Below, piece by piece: positions 1 to 9,623 of a stretch of DNA of 64,000 nucleotides (the first letter of the stretch is position 1; each line of letters opens with the position of its first letter). Origin of the DNA: Planctomycetota bacterium (GTDB lineage: Bacteria > Planctomycetota > OFTM77); NCBI GenBank assembly GCA_029260795.1, contig JAJDCO010000092.1, positions 877-64,876 of the forward strand, read 5' to 3'. The notes beneath the pieces were generated by a model. That model searched no databases, was not told the DNA's origin, and saw only the letters and a program-made list of their open reading frames with translations. Position numbers and translations under genes: made by a program.

Positions 1-1641
1 TCCTCGGCCGCTCTTGCGCTCGACACCGTGGTGCCGACTCCGCCGATGATCGAGACGCGCGCGCCGGACCCGATCGCGTCATCGGTCCCCGAGTCGGCGC
101 CGACTCGATCTGCGAGACCCTTCCCGTGGACGCCGGTGCTGGCAACAGCCTGGCTGCTCGGCGGCTTGCTCGTCGGGGCCTTCTTTGCCTGGCGGACGCG
201 TCGCTTTCGAAACGCTCTGTCCGCGGGTCCGATGGCTCCGAGCTGGCTCGAGGACCTGGTCTCGACCGAGGCCGCCCAGTTCGGTCTGCGGGCTCCGCCC
301 ATCCGAGTCGTTCACGGTATCCAAGGTCCTCAGATCGATCCGATCGGTCGAGCGCGGATACTGTGGCCGGCTGAGAGGGTCACGGACTCCGATCCGGTTC
401 GCTGGCGAGCGGTGGTGCGGCACGAGCTGGCGCATCTTCGCCGCCGCGATCATTGGGTGCTGTGGATCGAGCTGGCCGGTGCCGTGCTTTGGTGGTGGCT
501 TCCGTTGTTCTGGTGGGTGCGCTCTCGAATGCGCCGGGACGCCGAGCTGGCCTGTGATGCGTGGGCGGTTGCGACTGCCTCGCCGGGCGAGCGGCGTCGA
601 TTCGCCGAATCGTTGATCGCGCTGGCGGCGCGGGCTTCGGCGGTCCCTTTCGGATCGCCTGGCCTGGCGGCCACTCCAAGAGCGCGGCGTCTCTTTGAAA
701 GGAGACTGATCATGATCGTGGATCAGGTACCGCATCGGATTCCCCGTTGGCTTCCGCTGGGAGTCTTCGCCTTGGTCGGGTTGGCGTTCCCGAGCTGGCT
801 GGTTCTGCAAGCGCAGAGCTCGACGCCCCAGGATCGGGACTTTCTGAAGCCGGTCGTCGACGACGATCGCTACTGGACGGCCGAAGCCCGCGGCAACGTT
901 CCCTTGGGTCAGGAGTCGACGCTCGAGGTGCATGCTCGTGTGGGCCAGCTCGAGATCGTGACCGGCCAGGGGCGCGACATCGTCATCACGGCGAACGTTC
1001 GCGCCAAGAAGGAGCACGTGGACGCCGCCGAGGTGCGCTCCGTCTTCGAGGATCATGTGAAGGTCGAGCGCCGAGACGGCAAGCTCGTCATCAAGGACGC
1101 TCACGAGCCCGAGCCGCAGCCGGCCGGGGAGAAGGGTCGCGACAACGTCTGGCAAGTCGATCTGCGAGTCGAGGTGCCGAGGGCGCTCCACATCGTGGCC
1201 CACTCGGGTGTGGGAGACGTGCGCATCGAGACCGGACGCAGCGTGGTGGCGCATGTCGGCGTCGGTAACGTGCAGCTCCGGCTCCGGGACGTCGAGAAGA
1301 TCGAAGGCCATCTGGGCGTCGGGGACCTGATCATCCAAGCCGGTCACGTCAACGACAGCTCGCAGGTGGACGTCGGCACCGGCAGTGTGAAGCTGACCCT
1401 GGATTCGGTGAACGCCGACTGGACCGTCACGCTCGGTGTGGGAGACCTCGTGATGACGGTGCCGCAGCAAGTCTCGGCTTCCTTCGAGCTCGAGTCCGGC
1501 ATCGGCACCGTCGACGTTCCGTGGGGTTCGGCCGAGGTGAAGAAGGATTCGCTCGGCGCCAAGGCGAAGATCGACCTCGGTCAAGGCGCTCGCGTTCAGG
1601 CGAAGACCGGCGTCGGATCGATTCGCGTCCACGGAAGCTGA
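1..1641 (+). CDS. BlaR1/M56-family sensor peptidase, 5' partial (frame open to window edge), with a C-terminal DUF4097-like beta-helical repeat domain
   Basis: TM segment (TPVLATAWLLGGLLVGAFFAW) followed by HELAHLRRRDHW (M56 HExxH...R.D motif). C-terminal half has repeated VGVGDV/VGVGNV/LGVGDL strands typical of DUF4097 putative-adhesin repeats. No stop upstream in frame. Confidence 0.65.
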   Translation, partial: SSAALALDTVVPTPPMIETRAPDPIASSVPESAPTRSARPFPWTPVLATAWLLGGLLVGAFFAWRTRRFRNALSAGPMAPSWLEDLVSTEAAQFGLRAPPIRVVHGIQGPQIDPIGRARILWPAERVTDSDPVRWRAVVRHELAHLRRRDHWVLWIELAGAVLWWWLPLFWWVRSRMRRDAELACDAWAVATASPGERRRFAESLIALAARASAVPFGSPGLAATPRARRLFERRLIMIVDQVPHRIPRWLPLGVFALVGLAFPSWLVLQAQSSTPQDRDFLKPVVDDDRYWTAEARGNVPLGQESTLEVHARVGQLEIVTGQGRDIVITANVRAKKEHVDAAEVRSVFEDHVKVERRDGKLVIKDAHEPEPQPAGEKGRDNVWQVDLRVEVPRALHIVAHSGVGDVRIETGRSVVAHVGVGNVQLRLRDVEKIEGHLGVGDLIIQAGHVNDSSQVDVGTGSVKLTLDSVNADWTVTLGVGDLVMTVPQQVSASFELESGIGTVDVPWGSAEVKKDSLGAKAKIDLGQGARVQAKTGVGSIRVHGS

Positions 1642-1684
1642 TAGAGCTCGGCGGGGCCGGTTCCCACGCCACGGCCCCGCTCAC

Positions 1685-2881
1685 TCACCTCACCCCGACC
1701 CGCGTGCCGTCTTCGATCTCCTCGTCCGGGTGAGAGATCACCGTCTCACCGCGGTCGAGACCCGAGAGGATCTGCGTCGCGAGCCCGCTTCGTTGCCCGA
1801 TCTCCACGCGCCGCTGGCGAGCTCGGCCCTCGATGATGGCAAAGACGGCCCAGCCACCTTCGGGGATCTCGAAGAGCGAGCTGGTCGGCACTTGGAGCAC
1901 GTCGTCCTCTTCCCAGAGGATGAACGTGCCTTCGACGCGATAGCCATCGCCCAAGCGTCGTGTCTCGTCGGTCGTCTCGTTGAAACTGCAGATGACGAGA
2001 ACCCGCTGCTCCTCGACACCGAGCGCCGAGATCTTCGTGAAGCCGACGGGCTCGACGACCCGCACTCGTCCGAGGATCGGACTCTCGCCACCCCAACGCT
2101 CGAAGCGAACCTTCATACCGGGCTGGAGCTGCACGGCATCGCGGGAGAGCACCTCCACCTCGATCTCGAGAGAAGTGGGATCCCCGATCTCGAGCAGCGG
2201 CGACCCTGCCGTGACGACACTCTCACTCTCGCGGTAGCGCTTGAGAACCGCACCCGTCACGGGCGATCGGAGCGCGATGCGCTCGGGAGGAGACTCGCCG
2301 TCGGTGCCCGAGGAATGGTCGAGGGTGCTCCGGGCGATCTCAACCTGGTAACGCGTGACGTCGGCGCCGAAGCGAGCCGATCGCAGCTGCGCTTCCGCTT
2401 GTCGCGCCTTCGTGCGCGTGCGCTCGAAGAGCTCCCGGGACGAGATATCCTTCTCGACGAGATTGGCCTGTCGGTCGAGCTCTCCCGCCCAGTAGGCCTG
2501 GTCGGCGGCGGCGGACTCGATGCGCTCGCGGGCTTCGTCGAAAGCCGCGTTGGCCGCCTCGAGCCGATGGGTCGCCTCCGCGTGTGAGCGAGCATCGAGC
2601 AGGCTCGCGGGGACCGGCGTCAGCGCACAGACCTCCTGGCCGGCCTCGACCGAGTCCCCGACCTCGAGCTCGATGCGACCGAGCGTGCTGTTCAAGGGCG
2701 CCGAAACCACGAAGCGATCGACCACCCGCGTTCGTCCCTCTTCGGTGAACCCGACCTCGAGCGCTCCGACACGCACCGGCTCGGTATCGACCAGGACGGG
2801 CTTCGGCCAGAATCCGTAGGCGATGGCCGAGACGATCAGCAGGCTGACGAAGCCCCAGCCCAGCTTTCCCTTCCAGCTCAT
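1685..2881 (-). CDS. Efflux transporter periplasmic adaptor (HlyD/MacA-like membrane fusion protein)
   Basis: N-terminal TM anchor, coiled-coil segment (AEAQLRSARFGADVTRYQ...), lipoyl/beta-barrel motifs. Lies 4 nt downstream of the FtsX permease gene in the same operon. Confidence 0.75.
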   Translation of the reverse strand: MSWKGKLGWGFVSLLIVSAIAYGFWPKPVLVDTEPVRVGALEVGFTEEGRTRVVDRFVVSAPLNSTLGRIELEVGDSVEAGQEVCALTPVPASLLDARSHAEATHRLEAANAAFDEARERIESAAADQAYWAGELDRQANLVEKDISSRELFERTRTKARQAEAQLRSARFGADVTRYQVEIARSTLDHSSGTDGESPPERIALRSPVTGAVLKRYRESESVVTAGSPLLEIGDPTSLEIEVEVLSRDAVQLQPGMKVRFERWGGESPILGRVRVVEPVGFTKISALGVEEQRVLVICSFNETTDETRRLGDGYRVEGTFILWEEDDVLQVPTSSLFEIPEGGWAVFAIIEGRARQRRVEIGQRSGLATQILSGLDRGETVISHPDEEIEDGTRVGVR

Positions 2882-2885
2882 GTCA

Positions 2886-5249
2886 TCACTCCCGAGTCTT
2901 GAGCACCGCGACCAAGTCGAGGCGGTTCAGCTTGCGTCGAACGAGCGCCGCCGAGATCAACGCCGAGACGATCACGACCGTGGTGGCCAGGGCGAAGGTG
3001 CTGATGTCGATCACGAAGGGAATCCGAAAGAGGTCGGTCTGCAGATTCTGGATGAGGAACGCCGTGAGTAACCAGCCCAGGCCGAAGCCGAGGAGGATGC
3101 CGAGCGCGGTCAGGATCGCGAGCTCGCCCAGGAGTATGTATGCGATCTCGCCGCGCGTGAACCCGAGAACTCGAAGGCTCGCCAGCTCACGTCCTCGCTC
3201 CGACAGGGCGATCCGAGCACTGTTGTAGACGACGCCGAACGCGATCGTCATCGCGAGCAGCGTGTTGAAGAAGGAGAACGTCAACATCTGCTCGGCCATC
3301 GTGTCGTAGAAGTTTCGGATGATGTTGGCGCGAATCGAGGTGCCTCCGATCTGTGGTCGCGCTTCGAGCTGACGATAGAGAGACGACGAGCCGGAGCCGC
3401 GTGCGTCGAGCCGCACTCCGGAGATGGCGTCGCCTTCATCCATGAGCCGGTTGAGGGACGGGAGGTTCATCGTCGCCGAGACGCCGATGTAGTCTCGCAC
3501 CAGTCGGGCGATGGGCACCCGCTTCACCGTCCGCGAGCCTTCGAGCGCCTCGACCGTCACCGAGTCGCCGACTCCGACTCCCAGCCAATCGCCCAGGAAC
3601 TCCGAGAGCATCAGCCCGTCGACCGGAATCGGGACGGGACGGTGATTCTGGTCGAGCCGATGCGCCAGCCGGCTGTCGATTGGGAGGCCCTCGATGGCCG
3701 TTCGGTACTCCTTGTGGCCGGCCCGGAGTCGAACGGGCACGATGCGGAAGGGCTCCGCCTGATCGACCTCTTCCAGAGACTCGAGCTCGAACAGGGCGCG
3801 CCGCGAGGTGGGCTCGATCAGATGGGCCGTCGCGTCGTCCTGGGCGGCGAAGCGCAGCTGCACATTGACCATCTCCTCGATCGCATCCCCGAAGAAAGCG
3901 CCCAGAATCAGAATCGCGCAGGCGAAGGACATGCCCAGGATCGAGAGCGAGGACTTCAGCGGTCGGCGCTCGAGGTGGCGGATGATCATGCGCGTCGGCT
4001 GATGCAGCCAACGCTGGAGCCCCAGGCGCTCGACGAGTGAGACCCGGTAGCTGGCCGGGGGCTCGGGCCGCATCGCTTCGGCAGGCGGTAGATGAGCCGC
4101 TCGCCAGACGGCGTGAATCGTTCCCAGCAGCCCGGCCGTGATCGCGACCGCCGCTCCGGCGACGATGAACAGCGGCGCGACCTCATAGTCGAGGTAGGGG
4201 AAGTGGTAGAACTTCGTGTACATGGCCGAGAGGCCAAGGCCGAGCCAGCGACCGGCCAGAGTGCCGGCGAGCAGTCCGACCGCCACGATCACGAGCACCA
4301 GCTTCGTGAAGTGGATCCCGATCACGATGTTGGAGTAGCCGAAAGCCTTCAGCGCCGCGATCTGCTCGCGCTGGGTCGCTACCAGTCTCGTGATCACGAC
4401 GTTCAGCAGGAAGCTCGCGACCGAGAGGAAGATCGCCGGAAAGAGCGTCGCCATCTGCTCGAGCTGACGAAACTCCTCGGAGAGGAAGCGATGGGAGAGC
4501 TGATCGTCGCGGCCGTAGGCACCGAGCCCACCGTACTGCTCGAGAACCGTGTCGAGCGCGTCGAGTGCGCGCGCTTCCGAGCCACCGTGAGCCAGCCGCG
4601 CCGTGACGTCGTTGAACGCTCCCTCGAGATCGTAGGCACTCTGGAGAGCGCGTCGTGGCATCCAGAGCACGCCGAAGGTCTTGTCGTCGGGAATCGTGCC
4701 TCCGGGCGGGATCAGGTAGATGTACTCGGGTGAGAGCGCGACGCCGGTCACGGTCAGGTGCTTACGTCGCCCGTGAAGGATGGCGGTCAACGAAGAGCCT
4801 GGCGTCAGGCGATGCGCCAAGGCAAAGGACTCACTGACGACGATCTCGTCGTCGCTCCGTGGATCGGGAGGTCCGCCCTGGATCCAGTGCAGGCCGTTGA
4901 GCGTGGGCTTGCCCGAGTCCGGGAGCGAGAGGAGGCGTCCGGTGATCGGCTCGTCGAATCCCGCGACCTCGAGATGGACGGGCGCCACGACGCGTGTCTC
5001 GACGAGGCGAAGATCCGCGATCTCGGCGAGCTGCGCCTCGACGCTCTCGGGCGCTCGCATCAGCGAGGCAAAGACATCCGCGAAGCGCTGCTCGGCGTAG
5101 AACCGTGACCGCGTGCGTTGCAGCGAGTCGAGCGTCGCCAGCGACATGATGAAGGTCGCGATCCCGCTTGCGATCACCAGCGAGATCGCCAACGACTGGC
5201 CGCGCAGGTGCCAGAAGTCTCGGAGCAGCTTTCGGTCCAACGCACGCAC
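2886..5249 (-). CDS. ABC transporter permease, duplicated FtsX domains (MacB/YbbP-like)
   Basis: 787 aa, N-terminus MRALDRKLLRDFWHLRGQSLAISLVIASGIATF typical of FtsX/MacB permeases, two 4-TM FtsX blocks. Sits between ATPase and adaptor genes. Confidence 0.8.
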   Translation of the reverse strand: MRALDRKLLRDFWHLRGQSLAISLVIASGIATFIMSLATLDSLQRTRSRFYAEQRFADVFASLMRAPESVEAQLAEIADLRLVETRVVAPVHLEVAGFDEPITGRLLSLPDSGKPTLNGLHWIQGGPPDPRSDDEIVVSESFALAHRLTPGSSLTAILHGRRKHLTVTGVALSPEYIYLIPPGGTIPDDKTFGVLWMPRRALQSAYDLEGAFNDVTARLAHGGSEARALDALDTVLEQYGGLGAYGRDDQLSHRFLSEEFRQLEQMATLFPAIFLSVASFLLNVVITRLVATQREQIAALKAFGYSNIVIGIHFTKLVLVIVAVGLLAGTLAGRWLGLGLSAMYTKFYHFPYLDYEVAPLFIVAGAAVAITAGLLGTIHAVWRAAHLPPAEAMRPEPPASYRVSLVERLGLQRWLHQPTRMIIRHLERRPLKSSLSILGMSFACAILILGAFFGDAIEEMVNVQLRFAAQDDATAHLIEPTSRRALFELESLEEVDQAEPFRIVPVRLRAGHKEYRTAIEGLPIDSRLAHRLDQNHRPVPIPVDGLMLSEFLGDWLGVGVGDSVTVEALEGSRTVKRVPIARLVRDYIGVSATMNLPSLNRLMDEGDAISGVRLDARGSGSSSLYRQLEARPQIGGTSIRANIIRNFYDTMAEQMLTFSFFNTLLAMTIAFGVVYNSARIALSERGRELASLRVLGFTRGEIAYILLGELAILTALGILLGFGLGWLLTAFLIQNLQTDLFRIPFVIDISTFALATTVVIVSALISAALVRRKLNRLDLVAVLKTRE

Positions 5250-5280
5250 GGTCAGGTTCCTCGTCTCGAGCGAATCGCCT

Positions 5281-6030
<750 letters not shown>

Positions 6031-6202
6031 GGCACCTTGGGTGGCGACGAATGGGGGAATGGCGGAGCCGAACTCGAGGAACCGTCGACTCCCGGTGATC
6101 CTTCACCTTGGGCCACGACTCCGGGCGGCGCAAGGGCTGACCCCGCCTCCCGAAAATGCGAGGATCGCCCGCATTCGGCCCGCGCAAAACGAGGAGCCAA
6201 CT

Positions 6203-6964
6203 ATGACCCCGCGAATTCGTCTGGAGATCTGCACCGACTCGGTGGCGGGAATGAGCGCTGCTGTTCGGGGAGGCGCCGATCGCGTCGAGCTTTGCTCGAA
6301 CTTGGGCGAAGGGGGCACGACACCCTCCCTCGGTCTGCTCCGGCAGGCGCGTCGCAGCTCGTCGCTTCCGATGGCGGTGCTGGTGCGGCCTCGGCGCGGC
6401 GACTTCGTTTACGATGCCTTTGAGACCGAGGTCATCCTCGACGACATTCGCTCCGCACGCTTCGAAGGCGCGGACATCCTCGTCGTCGGAGCGCTCCGAC
6501 CCGACGGCACGATCGACCGCGAGACCACCGCTCGCTGCGTGGAGGCGGCCCGTCCGTTGCCCGTCACCTTTCACCGAGCGTTCGATCTGGTCCGGGAACC
6601 CGCCGAAGCGCTCGAGGTGCTGATCGGGCTCGGGATCGAACGCGTGCTGACGTCGGGCCAGGCGCCGAGTGCTCTCGAGGGCGCGAACGTCTTGTCTCGG
6701 CTCGTCGCTCAGGCGGCCCGACGAATCCTCGTCTTGGCCGGGGCGGGCGTGCGCGCTCACAACGTCGCCGAGCTGGTGGCGCGCACCGGCGTTTCGGAGG
6801 TCCACGGCTCGGCGTTCACGGCCAGCGAGAGCCCGATGCGGTACCGGAACGAGCGCCTCGATCTCGGCTCGAGCGTCCCGCGAGGCGAGTACGAGCGAGC
6901 CGAGACCGACCAGGAGACGGTTCGGATGTTTCGGGCCGCGGTGGACGCCGCGTCGGCCAGCTAG
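6203..6964 (+). CDS. cutC: Copper homeostasis protein CutC
   Basis: RIELCSNLGEGGTTPSLG, RPRRGDFVY, VTFHRAFD, RVLTSGQ and GAGVRAHN match CutC-family conserved blocks. GAGGAG RBS 6-11 nt upstream of ATG 6203. Confidence 0.85.
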   Translation: MTPRIRLEICTDSVAGMSAAVRGGADRVELCSNLGEGGTTPSLGLLRQARRSSSLPMAVLVRPRRGDFVYDAFETEVILDDIRSARFEGADILVVGALRPDGTIDRETTARCVEAARPLPVTFHRAFDLVREPAEALEVLIGLGIERVLTSGQAPSALEGANVLSRLVAQAARRILVLAGAGVRAHNVAELVARTGVSEVHGSAFTASESPMRYRNERLDLGSSVPRGEYERAETDQETVRMFRAAVDAASAS

Positions 6965-6989
6965 CAGCGCCCACCGGGCGGCGCGGCTC

Positions 6990-7454
6990 TCACTGCTCGA
7001 GCGGGTGACTCTGCCACAGGACGTTGCGGATCTTCCACTTGCCGTCTTCCTTGGCGAGGTGGAAGTAGTCGATGCCCCAGGCCGCGGTCAGCTTGCCGCT
7101 CGCGGTTTGATCGAGGATGTCGAAGATCTCGATCTTCTTGGGCGAGCTCGCGTCGGCGCGGCTGCCGTCCTTGTTCCAGGCGCCGGCGAGGGCGACCGCT
7201 TGCTCGAAGTTCATGCCCGTGCCTTGGAAGGCCTGGCTCGGGTCCTTCTGCCAGTAGCCGTACTTGGTGAGATCCTTCGAGACGCTGCGCTCGATGTACT
7301 CGGGCTTGCACTCGTAGAATGCCTCGCAGTAGTCGAGCATGGCGCGCTCGACCGCGGCTCGCTCGCCCTTGGCGGGTGTGACCTTGACCTTGTCTTGAAT
7401 CTGCCAACCGATCGCGAGGAGCGTCGGGGCGAGGAACAGCAGCACCTTGGTCAT
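6990..7454 (-). CDS. Small secreted/lipoprotein with NTF2-like (SnoaL/DUF4440-type) fold, tentative
   Basis: Signal peptide MTKVLLFLAPTLLAIGW, about 150 aa, pattern LDYCEAFYECKPEY...W.I resembles NTF2-like domains. GGAGG RBS upstream. Confidence 0.35.
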   Translation of the reverse strand: MTKVLLFLAPTLLAIGWQIQDKVKVTPAKGERAAVERAMLDYCEAFYECKPEYIERSVSKDLTKYGYWQKDPSQAFQGTGMNFEQAVALAGAWNKDGSRADASSPKKIEIFDILDQTASGKLTAAWGIDYFHLAKEDGKWKIRNVLWQSHPLEQ

Positions 7455-7583
7455 GAGACTCCTCCGGTAGAGTGAGAGACGGTCGGTTCCAACGACCTCG
7501 AGCAGCAATACGTGGATGCAGTCCGTGCAGTTGGACCGATCCCGCGATCCGTCCTCGCCGAGCGAGCCCTTGAGGAGAATCGA

Positions 7584-7904
7584 GTGGACAAGACACGAAC
7601 GACGAGCTGTTACGCGGTGATCTTCTGGTCGAAGCTGCGAGAGGGAGGGGAAGGATACCAGGAGGCGGCGGAGCGCATGGAGGCTCTCGCCGCGGAGCAG
7701 GAGGGCTATGTGGGAATCGAGTCGGTGCGGGACGCTTCGGGAGACGGTGTGACGATCTCCTACTGGGAGAGCCGGGAGGCGATCGCTCGCTGGCGCGACC
7801 ACCCGGAGCATCGGCTCATTCAGGAGCGAGGTCGGCGAGAATGGTACGCCGAGTACCGCCTGGAGGTGAGCCGAGTCGAGCGGAGCCTCCACTTTCCGGC
7901 GTGA
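7584..7904 (+). CDS. Antibiotic-biosynthesis-monooxygenase (ABM/Dabb) domain protein
   Basis: About 106 aa, YAVIFWSKLREG...EGYVGIESVRD...ISYWESREAIARWRDHPEH is the ferredoxin-like ABM pattern. GTG 7584 is preceded by GAGGAG. The longer ORF from 7512 is probably a 5' over-extension. Confidence 0.65.
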   Translation: MDKTRTTSCYAVIFWSKLREGGEGYQEAAERMEALAAEQEGYVGIESVRDASGDGVTISYWESREAIARWRDHPEHRLIQERGRREWYAEYRLEVSRVERSLHFPA

Positions 7905-7907
7905 TTC

Positions 7908-8294
7908 CCCCTGGGACCGCGGGCGGCTCGCCGGCTCGAGGCCACTCGCTCCGCCACGCCCCCCTGGAACCGAGGGCGGCTCCTCCCCCTGGGACGGCGG
8001 GCGGCCCGCCCGCTTCGGTGGGCTCTCGGCGTGAACCGCCAGAGCCGTGTCGCGCAAGGCGCTGTCGGGACGGCTTGGGAGGTGACCGCTCTCTCAGCTT
8101 TGTCGTCCAAAAGCACCCCGGCCCGACGTCGCGCGATGACAGGGACGGAGCGAAGTGACGAGCTCCGTTCGCGTCTCTGTCAGTTGCGGCCCGCCCGCTC
8201 GAGGCCACCGCTCCGCCACGCCAACCTGGGACGGCGGGCGGCTCGCCGGCATTGCCTTGTTCCTCACCCCTGGGACCGAGGGCGGCCCGCCCGC
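7908..8294. repeat. Cluster of 5 copies of a 26-28-bp GC-rich repeat (consensus about CCCCTGGGACSGVGGGCGGCYCGCCSGC) plus a duplicated 24-bp companion element (TCGAGGCCAC(T)CGCTCCGCCACGCC)
   Basis: Copies read directly at 7908-7934, 7961-7986, 7987-8013, 8223-8250 and 8267-8294. Companion element at 7935-7960 and 8199-8222. All lie in a 540-bp gene-free interval whose only ORFs are low-complexity in both strands. Confidence 0.75.
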
Positions 8295-8441
8295 ATTGGG
8301 TAGTGAAGGTCGTGATCTGGACGTTGGTGAAACGCTGGGCAAGCGAGTGCCGAAGCCGAGTGCCACCCTTCATACGAGTCGACTCGAAGCGCGCGAACTC
8401 CTACCCGACTGAAACGTCGAGCCTCCGAGGGGGCGGGCTGG

Positions 8442-8828
8442 TCAGTCCTCGAGCGCGTCGATGATGGCTTGGGTCAGATTGGCGATGTCCTCGTCCTCGG
8501 CGACGATGGCGCCGGTCTCGGCGACGAGATCGAAGCCCTGATCCTCGGCGGCCCGCTTGAGCGCGGCATTGAACTTGACGTTGGCCTTCTTCAACAGGAC
8601 CCAGTACTTCGCGTCGTTCTTGTCGAGGCCTTCGTCGAGGATCTGCTGGTACTCGGGGATGGCGTGGAAGACCTTCTTGCCCGAGACGGTCGCCGCGGTC
8701 GTGAACGCCTCGGGGTCTCCGAGATAGACCTGCTTGGGCTTGACGACGCGCACACCGGTGCTCGGGGTCGCGAAGGCACTCAGGGCGAAGGCGAGGATCA
8801 TCAGGCCGGTCGAAATCGCGCGTTTCAT
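8442..8828 (-). CDS. Secreted periplasmic protein, possibly OmpH/Skp-like chaperone (tentative)
   Basis: Signal peptide MKRAISTGLMILAFALSAFA, K/E-rich helical middle, C-terminal GFDLVAETGAIVAEDEDIANLTQAI resembles the Skp C-terminus. Confidence 0.3.
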   Translation of the reverse strand: MKRAISTGLMILAFALSAFATPSTGVRVVKPKQVYLGDPEAFTTAATVSGKKVFHAIPEYQQILDEGLDKNDAKYWVLLKKANVKFNAALKRAAEDQGFDLVAETGAIVAEDEDIANLTQAIIDALED

Positions 8829-9623
8829 CTCTCTGCTCCAGGTTCGAGGCGCGTCGTGAGGGATCGATTCGTTCTCGTCAGCGCGGTGGGTCGGTCATGC
8901 GTGGCATCGATTCCATTTTTTCGAGGAGTGGTTTCGCCTCACGGGTGGGAGGCCTCATCTCAGAGAGACTGAACGCGTCGGTTTCCGTGACAGAAGAAAC
9001 ACGAAAAGCGTCGGGCTCCCGAACTCTTCCGGCGTGGGATGAGACGACTCCGGGGCAGGTTTCATTTCCTCTCGAAACGAAACTGTTCGCCGATCGCAAC
9101 GCCCGACCGGGCCGGCGGCGCGATGGGTCGCACTCGGAAGGAGCTTCGGATGCGATCACCCGAGCGGATTCCATTTCCCTCTGAGGCAAGCCGCCTGCGC
9201 CTCTTTCTGTGAGGCGTCTGGCCACCCTTTTCCCGTCGCGAGGATCCCTCGCGGAGGGCTTGAGGTGTCGCCGTGGTTGCCGACGAATCGACACTGCGCC
9301 GACTCTGACGCCTGGTCGCGATCGAGACGCAGGCGAGGACGACGTCGACGGCCACCCGGTCTCAGGCGTGCGGACCGGCGCCGTTCGAGGCTCATCGGCA
9401 CGCCGACCGGCTGGCCGTGCTTGCCGGCTGACCCGCCGAATAGATCTCGCCGGCGGCGGAGTCTGGCTGCTTCCCGGATGGACGATCAGGGAGCTTGTGA
9501 CGCTCTCGACTTGCTGGCAGAGTGGATGCATCCTCTTCCAGGAACGTGATATACTGCCGCCTTCACTCGCCACCGAGGGATCCCCGGACACGGGATCACC
9601 GAGGTCGACCCGTCGAGGTCGTC

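Noticed and set aside
79-1632. 517-aa minus-strand ORF fully antisense to the BlaR1-like gene, and similar long antisense ORFs 14281-16254, 16752-18074, 24749-26584, 38901-41693, 47614-49359 and 59222-61027
   Set aside because: At this GC content stop codons are rare, so long antisense ORFs are expected. Their translations are R/G/A/P-rich low complexity, with no motifs or start-site context, whereas the sense strands carry clear domain signatures.
6669-7475. 268-aa plus ORF overlapping the cutC 3' end and antisense to the NTF2-like gene
   Set aside because: Out-of-frame continuation of cutC with A/R/P-rich translation. The minus-strand gene has a signal peptide, RBS and compact domain.
7908-8294. 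Possible CRISPR array
   Set aside because: Repeat copies are imperfect, irregularly spaced (0 to about 210 bp), interleaved with a second repeat type, and there are no cas genes or leader. It is not a CRISPR.
7816-8412. Several 60-185-aa ORFs on both strands in the 7905-8440 interval (e.g. 7816-8373 minus, 7841-8158 plus)
   Set aside because: They are generated by the GC-rich repeats (GEPPAVPGG-type translations recurring in different frames and strands), overlap one another, and lack RBS or start context. The interval is better explained as a non-coding repeat cluster.
8878-9591. 237-aa minus ORF filling the long intergenic region
   Set aside because: R/S/P-rich low-complexity translation, no domain motifs, and it would place a gene head-on across the divergent promoter region. 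Judged spurious.
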